NCBI GenBank assembly: GCA_964358645.1
Contig: CAYHPW010000004.1
Span: 25,889-89,888 of the forward strand
From: an uncultured Bacteriovoracaceae bacterium
Lineage (GTDB): Bacteria > Bdellovibrionota > UBA1018
DNA length: 64,000 nt
Direction of reading: 5' to 3'
Of the stretch, positions 57,710 through 64,000 are shown piece after piece. Position numbers and translations under genes: made by a program. The notes beneath the pieces were generated by a model. The model was not told where the DNA came from and made no database searches. It saw nothing but the letters and a program-made list of their open reading frames with translations. Position 1 is the first letter of the stretch. The number at the start of each line of letters is the position of its first letter.

Positions 57710-58861
57710 TCATTTTTCTGACCTGGACTTAAGCAGGAATATCCGTGGGACGAACCCCACACTCCAGACAAGCACGGCTAAAACCCAGACCAGACCAGCG
57801 TACATCAGGTGACGCATGTACATTGCTGCTACTAATGGCGCCGTTACTCGCGTAAATGCGGCGACTATTACTAGAATGCCAGTTGCAAGTATAACCTTTG
57901 ACTTATGCTCAATAATCAGATCATAACCGCCGTGAGCAAGCGTCACACGTGATGCTATCATCAGGGTCATTAAGCCAAAACCGGAAACAAACACTATATG
58001 AAACGCATGCATCCCGAAACTTGGCAAAAGCGCATGAGTCCATAACCCAACAACCAGCCCCCATGTGGCCACCCAAAGCCATCTGGCAAGTTGACCTTTT
58101 ATCCTGGGGAAGCGGTAGATCTTCCAACTCGTAACAGCCAACCAGCTTACTGCAATGGCTTTAATCACCCTTCCAAAGGGAATTGACCAGAAGAATTCAA
58201 CAAAAAAACCAGCAATCAATAATGTACATAGAATAAAAGAAACTGCCATAGCCGATCCCTTTTGTTCACCAAACTGCACAACAGGGGGACCCCAGCCAAG
58301 AAGTGCCCTGACCAGCCGGCCACCAATCCCTAAAATAAGAAACAGCATCGTAGCCTGGTTAAGCAACGTACTAGCCGGCCATAAAACAGCGGCCGGTAAC
58401 AAGCCTACATCATATGCAAGCAACATTGCTCCGCCAAAAAGGCCAAAGCCGATTCCAGCACCGACAAAAATAAAATTATCCGGCACTTTCATGGTGCTCG
58501 TAAGGACCCTCCTCGCAAAAAAGACCACGAGGAACGAAAGCGTTAAAACAGCAGCCAGGTGAAAAATCACCGGTGCAACGGCTGCCAGCGCGGGCAAGAC
58601 GACCATGAAAGGACAGAGATTTATTAAAAACGCCGTAACAATCTCAGATGGCCTTGCCGCAACAGTGCCCGTGAACCGCGGTATGGCAGTAAGCAGGAAC
58701 CCGGTCGCGAAATTAAGCAAGAAGCCGCTTATCATAAGCCCTGAGTGCAAAGAGACCGGATAACTTGATCCGTATTGAAGCACAAACCATGGCCAAACCA
58801 GTGCGCCCCAAATTGAGTAAACAAGACCCAGCGGAAAAAATATCTGATAAGGTTGAATCAT
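57710..58861 (-). CDS. NnrS-family heme-copper membrane protein
   Basis: 383 aa with about 12 TM helices. LHSGLMISGFLLNFATGFLLTAIPRFTG matches the NnrS N-terminal signature (H..MLFGF...GFLLTA.P.WTG). Confidence 0.55.
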   Translation of the reverse strand: MIQPYQIFFPLGLVYSIWGALVWPWFVLQYGSSYPVSLHSGLMISGFLLNFATGFLLTAIPRFTGTVAARPSEIVTAFLINLCPFMVVLPALAAVAPVIFHLAAVLTLSFLVVFFARRVLTSTMKVPDNFIFVGAGIGFGLFGGAMLLAYDVGLLPAAVLWPASTLLNQATMLFLILGIGGRLVRALLGWGPPVVQFGEQKGSAMAVSFILCTLLIAGFFVEFFWSIPFGRVIKAIAVSWLAVTSWKIYRFPRIKGQLARWLWVATWGLVVGLWTHALLPSFGMHAFHIVFVSGFGLMTLMIASRVTLAHGGYDLIIEHKSKVILATGILVIVAAFTRVTAPLVAAMYMRHLMYAGLVWVLAVLVWSVGFVPRIFLLKSRSEK

Positions 58862-58928
58862 AGAGAATATTTAAATGCCCATTTTTTCGCGCCTTGTCTA
58901 TCATTAAAAATTATCATAAGAACCTGAC

Positions 58929-61130
58929 ATGATAGGCACTTCCGCAATCCGCAAGGAAGCACGTGAAAAAGTGACAGGTCGGGCACTTTATATCGACGAT
59001 ATAAAATTCAACGGAATGCTTCATGGCGCTACGGTCAGGAGCAAAATCGCCCGTGGGCACATAAAACAAATCAATTTTAAACCAGGCATGCCATGGGATG
59101 AATTCACTATAGTCACCGCTAAAAACATCACTGGCAAAAATCATGTCGCTCTTATCATGGATGACCAGCCCTTTTTGGCTGAAACAGCGATCAACCATGC
59201 TGAAGAACCAATCCTACTGCTAGCTCACCACGAGAAGGATCTTGTCGAGGAAGCGCGAAACCACATTGATATCGAGATTGAACCAACGACACCTGTATTG
59301 ACAATCGAAGAGGCGCTTCTTTCAAACAAAATAATTAAATCAATACGCGTTGTAAAAGGCGATTTCAACAAGGCACTATCCGAAGCTGACCATATTATAG
59401 ATGGCGAATATACAACAGGTCTGCAAGAAACCCTCTACATCGAAAACCACGGAATCATCGCGGTGGCAGACCCCCAAAAAGGCATCACCGTCTGGGGATC
59501 CATGCAATGTCCATATTATGTTCACAAAGCATTAGTCGGATTGTTCGGCCTACCTAAGGACAAGATACGCGTGATCCAAACTGAAACCGGCGGAGGATTC
59601 GGAGGCAAAGAAGACTACCCGTCCTTGATTGCCGGTCATGCGGCGCTGCTGGCTTGGAAATCCGGCAAGCCGGTCAAAATGATTTACGACCGTTCGGAAG
59701 ACATGGCCGCCACCACAAAGCGCCACCCTTCCCGCACAAGGCACCGCACGGCCTTAACCAAGGATGGCAGGATCATAGGAATGGAAATAGATTTCGTCAT
59801 TGACGGTGGCGCGTACGCCACGGTTTCGCCAGTCGTGCTTTCAAGAGGGACACTTCACGCAACCGGCCCGTACTACTGCCCAAATATCAGCATAACAAGC
59901 AGCGCGGTCAGGACTAACACACCGCCCAATGGCGCATTCCGCGGCTTCGGCGCTCCACAGAGCCTGTTTGCGATAGAACGGCACATGGACAAAATAGCAA
60001 TGAAACTCGGCATTACGCCGGATGAAATACGAAGGCGCAATTTCATCCGCGATGGTGAGACTACCGCGACCGGCCAATTGATCCGCGACCGCGTGGACAT
60101 GGTGAACCTGCTTGAGCGCGCGCTAGAACTGAGCGGATACAGAAACAAGCTTGAATCATTCAAGACCAACAACTTAAAAAACCATATCAAAAAAGGGATA
60201 GGCCTCGCTGCCTTCATGCATGGAGCGGGCTTCACCGGTTCAGGTGAAAAATTCCTAGCCTCGGTCGTGTCTGTCGAGGTGACCCCGGTTGAAGTAGCAG
60301 CCGGAGGAAAAGTTCGCGTACTTGCTTCAAGCACCGAAATAGGACAAGGGACCAATACGATATTTTCGCAGATAGCAGCCGAGGCCTTAGGCATCGGTTT
60401 AGAAGAAATAGAGGTTGTAAGACCGGATACGGCCATTGTGCCAGATAGCGGCCCCACCGTAGCTTCGCGCACATGCATGGTGGTGGGCAAATTAGTGCAA
60501 TCCGCGTGTGAAGCCCTCAAGCAGATGCTGATTCAAGGCGGGTTTCTGCCTGAAAAATACAGCCAAGCCGTGTTCCGCCAAGCATGCGCGAATTATATCG
60601 AAAAATTCGGCAAGCTTAAGGCCTCAAGCCAATACAAACAGCCGTCATTCATAAGCTGGGATGACGAAAGTTACCGCGGTGACGCATATGCCGCGTTCTC
60701 CTGGGCTGTGTATGTGGCGGAAGTAAGTGTAGATACACATACATTCCAAACAACGGTGGACCGCTTCACAGCGCTTCAGGACATCGGTCGCGTGATCAAT
60801 CCAGTGCTGGCGGAAGGCCAGATCCAAGGAGGAATCACGCAAGGGATCGGTTACACTCTATACGAAAACGTCATCCGCAAGAATGGGCGCATGATCAACA
60901 ACCAGCTCTCAAACTACATTATTCCAACTGCCGCTGACGTCCCTGATACCACTGTATTTTTTGAGGAAACTCCATATGAAAACGGCCCTGGTGGCGCCAA
61001 GGGCATAGGTGAACTACCAATGGACGGCCCTGCCCCGGCAATCCTGAACGCCGTTGAAAATGCGACAGGCGTTCACATGACAAGTATCCCACTTATGCCG
61101 GAAAAATTAGCTGAGGCGATGAAAAAATGA
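58929..61130 (+). CDS. Xanthine-dehydrogenase-family molybdopterin-binding large subunit (second Mo-hydroxylase)
   Basis: 733 aa. GGGFGGKED and AFRGFGAPQ motifs, and the EIGQGTNT Moco-binding region. Confidence 0.85.
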   Translation: MIGTSAIRKEAREKVTGRALYIDDIKFNGMLHGATVRSKIARGHIKQINFKPGMPWDEFTIVTAKNITGKNHVALIMDDQPFLAETAINHAEEPILLLAHHEKDLVEEARNHIDIEIEPTTPVLTIEEALLSNKIIKSIRVVKGDFNKALSEADHIIDGEYTTGLQETLYIENHGIIAVADPQKGITVWGSMQCPYYVHKALVGLFGLPKDKIRVIQTETGGGFGGKEDYPSLIAGHAALLAWKSGKPVKMIYDRSEDMAATTKRHPSRTRHRTALTKDGRIIGMEIDFVIDGGAYATVSPVVLSRGTLHATGPYYCPNISITSSAVRTNTPPNGAFRGFGAPQSLFAIERHMDKIAMKLGITPDEIRRRNFIRDGETTATGQLIRDRVDMVNLLERALELSGYRNKLESFKTNNLKNHIKKGIGLAAFMHGAGFTGSGEKFLASVVSVEVTPVEVAAGGKVRVLASSTEIGQGTNTIFSQIAAEALGIGLEEIEVVRPDTAIVPDSGPTVASRTCMVVGKLVQSACEALKQMLIQGGFLPEKYSQAVFRQACANYIEKFGKLKASSQYKQPSFISWDDESYRGDAYAAFSWAVYVAEVSVDTHTFQTTVDRFTALQDIGRVINPVLAEGQIQGGITQGIGYTLYENVIRKNGRMINNQLSNYIIPTAADVPDTTVFFEETPYENGPGGAKGIGELPMDGPAPAILNAVENATGVHMTSIPLMPEKLAEAMKK

Positions 61131-61624
61131 AGCTGACACTTAAGTGCACCATAAACGGCGAACCACATATGCTGACAGCGCATGCGATGGACCGCCTGAT
61201 AGATGTGCTGCGCGAGCAGCTTAATCTCACAGGGACCAAGGAAGGCTGTGGCGAAGGCGAATGCGGCGCCTGTGCCGTGATCCTGGACGGAAAACTGGTT
61301 AATAGCTGTCTTGTGCCCTTCGCCCAACTGGATGGCGCAGAAATAATAACCATAGAGGGGCTGGCCAAGACAGAAAGATTCAACATTATTCAAGATGCTT
61401 TCATTAAAAGTGGCGCCATACAGTGCGGCATGTGTACGCCTGGCATGGCCGTAACTGCTGCAAGCCTGCTTGACCGCGCCACCACCACGCCCGAATCGCT
61501 TACCCACGACGAGATCAAGGCCGCATTCGCCGGTAACCTCTGCCGCTGCACAGGATATACGAAGATATTTGATGCTTTAAAAAGCGCTGCTGTAGTTTAT
61601 AAACAGCAAAAAGGTAGCGAATGA
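61127..61624 (+). CDS. (2Fe-2S)-binding small subunit
   Basis: 165 aa. CGEGECGACAV and CGMCTPGM motifs. Confidence 0.85.
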   Translation: MKLTLKCTINGEPHMLTAHAMDRLIDVLREQLNLTGTKEGCGEGECGACAVILDGKLVNSCLVPFAQLDGAEIITIEGLAKTERFNIIQDAFIKSGAIQCGMCTPGMAVTAASLLDRATTTPESLTHDEIKAAFAGNLCRCTGYTKIFDALKSAAVVYKQQKGSE

Positions 61625-62472
61625 AAAATCTAGTAAAACCATCCTCGCTCAAAGAAGCGCTCACGATGCTAAACACGCAGCCCGGTGTGTTTAGGCCTTT
61701 TGCAGGCGGAACTGACCTCATGGTTCTTCTTAAAGCAGGTAAGCTGGAGCACAAAAACTTTTTAAGCATACTTCACTTTGACGAATTACGCGGAATCACC
61801 AAAACCGATACACACCTGGCCATAGGAGCGCTCACTACATTTTACGAAATTCAAGATAACCCGCTAATCAAAAAGTTTTTCCCGGTACTAGCCAAAGCGT
61901 CTTCACATATCGGCGCATGGGCCATTCAAAACCGGGCGACCATCGGTGGCAACATTGCCAACGCTTCACCCGCAGCTGACTCATCGCCGGCCCTGCTCGC
62001 TTATGACGCGGAAATCGATCTTGTTTCAGTCTTAGGAGTAAGAACAATCCCGTACAGCACCTTCCATCTAGGCTACAAAAAACTGGCATCAAAGCCCACC
62101 GAACTCATCGCGGCAATACGCCTGCCTATTCCACAACAAGGATTGTTTCAATATTTCAGTAAGGTCGGAGCACGCGCCGCCCAGGCAATCTCAAAGGTCA
62201 GTTTCGCGGGTATCGGGGCACTCTCTTCAAATAAAGTCAGCCATATCAGAATAGCCATGGGCAGTGTAGCACCAACCCCGATAAGATGCCTTAATGTTGA
62301 AACAGCTTTAACCAACCAGCCATTCAATGATGCCACTATAAGAGCAGCTGTAACGGCACTTACCAAGGACATTACGCCGATCGACGATATCCGTTCCACT
62401 GCATTTTATCGCTCACTGACCTGCGCTAATCTGCTAAATGAATTTTTATTGAAGTTATGTGGAACTGGGTAA
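61621..62472 (+). CDS. FAD-binding subunit (CoxM/XdhB-like)
   Basis: 283 aa. FAGGTDLMVLLK and ATIGGNIANASP motifs. Lacks the Cys insertion seen in the HcrB-like protein. Confidence 0.8.
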   Translation: MKNLVKPSSLKEALTMLNTQPGVFRPFAGGTDLMVLLKAGKLEHKNFLSILHFDELRGITKTDTHLAIGALTTFYEIQDNPLIKKFFPVLAKASSHIGAWAIQNRATIGGNIANASPAADSSPALLAYDAEIDLVSVLGVRTIPYSTFHLGYKKLASKPTELIAAIRLPIPQQGLFQYFSKVGARAAQAISKVSFAGIGALSSNKVSHIRIAMGSVAPTPIRCLNVETALTNQPFNDATIRAAVTALTKDITPIDDIRSTAFYRSLTCANLLNEFLLKLCGTG

Positions 62473-63236
62473 CAAAACTAGATGAACTTAAGAGGCAAGG
62501 CCACCCGGTGGCCATTGCCACCATCACTAGGTGCAGCGGATCCACCCCGCGCGAGGTCGGTACCAAAATGCTCGTCTGTGGCAGCGGTGAAATATTCGGC
62601 ACGATCGGCGGCGGGCAACTAGAACAACTTGTTATCAAGGACGCGCTTTCATGTTTTTCAGATGGCCCGGCAAAAGTCATAAATTATCCGCTTGCCGCCA
62701 AGGCCGGCCAATGTTGTGGGGGGACCGTGGACGTGATGATTGAAACGATTAATACAGGACCGCGTTTATACCTGTTCGGCGCCGGGCACGTCGGGCAGGC
62801 TCTCTGCTCCATGCTTAAAGACACGCCATTTATTGTCAGCGCCATTGATGAAAGACTTGGTGATGAAAGACTTGGCCCGGGCGGCGCCATCAGCCTGCCC
62901 GATGGCGTAATGAACTACAGCGAAACATGGGAGGATTTCATCGAGGACGCCACATGGAATGAACAAAACACCTACGTCGCCGTAATGACGCACAGACATG
63001 ATCTCGACCAGAAGATAATTGCCAAGGTGATCAAGAAACCCACGCGCTACATTGGCCTTATCGGCAGCAAACCTAAATGGGAGAAGTTTAAGCAACGCCT
63101 GTTATTACGTAACTTCACTCCTGATGAACTTGCAAAAGTTAGATGCCCCATCGGCTTGGATACCGGTGGCAAAGCACCACAAGAAGTCGCGATCAGCGTA
63201 GCAGCGGAATTGCTAAAGACCCACTATGGAAAATAA
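62457..63236 (+). CDS. XdhC/CoxI-family molybdo-enzyme maturation factor
   Basis: 259 aa. XdhC N-terminal (IATITRCSGSTPRE) and Rossmann-like C-terminal (LYLFGAGHVGQAL) domains. Confidence 0.75.
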   Translation: MWNWVTKLDELKRQGHPVAIATITRCSGSTPREVGTKMLVCGSGEIFGTIGGGQLEQLVIKDALSCFSDGPAKVINYPLAAKAGQCCGGTVDVMIETINTGPRLYLFGAGHVGQALCSMLKDTPFIVSAIDERLGDERLGPGGAISLPDGVMNYSETWEDFIEDATWNEQNTYVAVMTHRHDLDQKIIAKVIKKPTRYIGLIGSKPKWEKFKQRLLLRNFTPDELAKVRCPIGLDTGGKAPQEVAISVAAELLKTHYGK

Positions 63237-63963
63237 AACGCTTCTGATCCTTGCCGCAGGAAAAGGCTCGCGGATGGGGATGCCAAAAGGCCTGGTGCCT
63301 TGCATCCGACACCTCCGATACCTCCGATATCAGGGGGGCCGCCCATGGCTTATGTGGCAGATCGAAGCCGCAAGCTTAGTCGGAATTCGGAGAATCATAC
63401 TGGTTCTGGGCCATGAAATGGAGGCACACTACGCCGCCATTCCCGCACTCAAAAATCCAAGTGATAACCGGTCATGTTTCAATAATGTAAATTTAGCGGT
63501 CGCTATAAACCCAGCACCAGAGCGTGGCCAGTTCTCATCTCTCCAATGTGGGCTGCAAGAGTGGCTAAAGCAAAAACATCAAAAAAACAGCTCAAACCTG
63601 AGCCTGAGCCAAAGTCAAGATGCCGTTTTCATACTGCCAGTGGACGTGCCGTGCCCACAAAGTGATGTTTGGCTAAAACTTCTCCTAGCGCGTTCAGCAC
63701 AGACCATGGTTTGCATTCCACAACACAAAGGCCATGGCGGTCACCCGGTTCTCATATCACCAAAATTCGCTGCACATTTGTTACAAATTCCAATTGAAAG
63801 CGATAATGCGCGGCTTGATACCCAAATCCGTCTACTAGCAGCAGACTCCGTTGCCAACGTAGCGGTTTCAGATCCCAAAGTGGTCGCTAATATCAATACG
63901 CCAGACGACCTAAAGCTTGATCACCATACCCTCACGGGCGAAGGACCATTCAACATCATTTAA
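63226..63963 (+). CDS. MobA-like nucleotidyltransferase, probable molybdenum cofactor cytidylyltransferase (MocA-like)
   Basis: 245 aa. LLILAAGKGSRMGMPKGL NTP-transferase motif. Co-operonic with XDH-family genes, whereas the canonical mobA sits elsewhere at 51724. Confidence 0.6.
   Translation: MENKTLLILAAGKGSRMGMPKGLVPCIRHLRYLRYQGGRPWLMWQIEAASLVGIRRIILVLGHEMEAHYAAIPALKNPSDNRSCFNNVNLAVAINPAPERGQFSSLQCGLQEWLKQKHQKNSSNLSLSQSQDAVFILPVDVPCPQSDVWLKLLLARSAQTMVCIPQHKGHGGHPVLISPKFAAHLLQIPIESDNARLDTQIRLLAADSVANVAVSDPKVVANINTPDDLKLDHHTLTGEGPFNII
63311..63328. repeat. 9-bp direct tandem duplication (acctccgat x2) inside the MocA-like CDS, encoding LRYLRY
   Basis: Read directly in the sequence. Confidence 0.8.
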
Positions 63964-64000
63964 ATCCAACCCCATCCTCCGGGCGCTCTTGATCTGGCTT

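Noticed and set aside
59873-60520. 215-aa minus-strand ORF
   Set aside because: Antisense to the XDH-family large subunit.
1-64000. CRISPR arrays, rRNA/tRNA genes, transposases/integrases
   Set aside because: No regularly spaced direct repeats, no rRNA- or tRNA-like structures, and no transposase- or integrase-like ORFs were seen. The only mobile-element-like hint is the AT-rich gap at 45443-45977.

Overview
This 64 kb window reads as a chromosomal segment from an anaerobic bacterium, at roughly 50% GC by eye. The frdCAB gene order and the overall gene content fit a deltaproteobacterium-like (Desulfobacterota) aromatic-compound degrader. No rRNA, tRNA, CRISPR array, transposase or integrase was found.

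Main blocks, in window order:
- **1-21834, minus strand:** about 20 tightly packed, often overlapping genes encoding a complete anaerobic (4-hydroxy)benzoate/benzoyl-CoA pathway. Running from high to low coordinates it contains had-oah-dch (ring hydration, oxidation and hydrolytic cleavage), an embedded TetR regulator, a class I ATP-dependent benzoyl-CoA reductase (bcrCBAD order), an acyl-CoA ligase, a ketopantoate-reductase-family dehydrogenase, an enoyl-CoA hydratase, two thiolases and an SDR. It then continues into hcrCAB-like 4-hydroxybenzoyl-CoA reductase genes fused in-operon to a lone HgdB-like dehydratase-family subunit, an HgdC-like ATPase activase and an aminotransferase. A glutaryl-CoA dehydrogenase gene is divergently transcribed from the head of this block.
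- **23.2-37.4 kb, accessory-looking region:** a five-gene overlapping operon of unknown proteins ending in a TonB_C-like protein, and an odd sigma-region-4-like/zf-HC2/TM anti-sigma-like protein. It also holds paralogous Cys-rich lipoproteins, a PAS hybrid histidine kinase with an OmpR-type regulator, and an envelope cluster (aminopeptidase-like lipoprotein, OM beta-barrel, FecR-domain protein, TM/TPR protein).
- **37.4-45.4 kb:** argS, frdCAB, and a secreted HEAT-repeat protein coupled to a large metzincin lipoprotein.
- **45.4-46.0 kb:** a 535 bp AT-rich non-coding gap.
- **46.6-57.7 kb, minus strand:** a second long gene string. It carries a CuA cupredoxin (COX2-like) with a 10-TM COX1-like membrane protein, bioF-bioA-bioD, a molybdenum-cofactor cluster (mobA, moaE, moaD, moeA, a putative molybdate transporter, a moaC-mogA fusion, moaA), a candidate Moco riboswitch leader, and tatA. 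An NnrS-family protein follows.
- **58.9-64.0 kb, plus strand:** a second xanthine-dehydrogenase-family enzyme (L-S-M subunits) with XdhC- and MocA-like maturation genes.

The most interesting candidates are listed under findings: the activase-coupled hcrCAB module, the unknown TonB_C-terminated operon, and the CuA plus truncated COX1-like pair.
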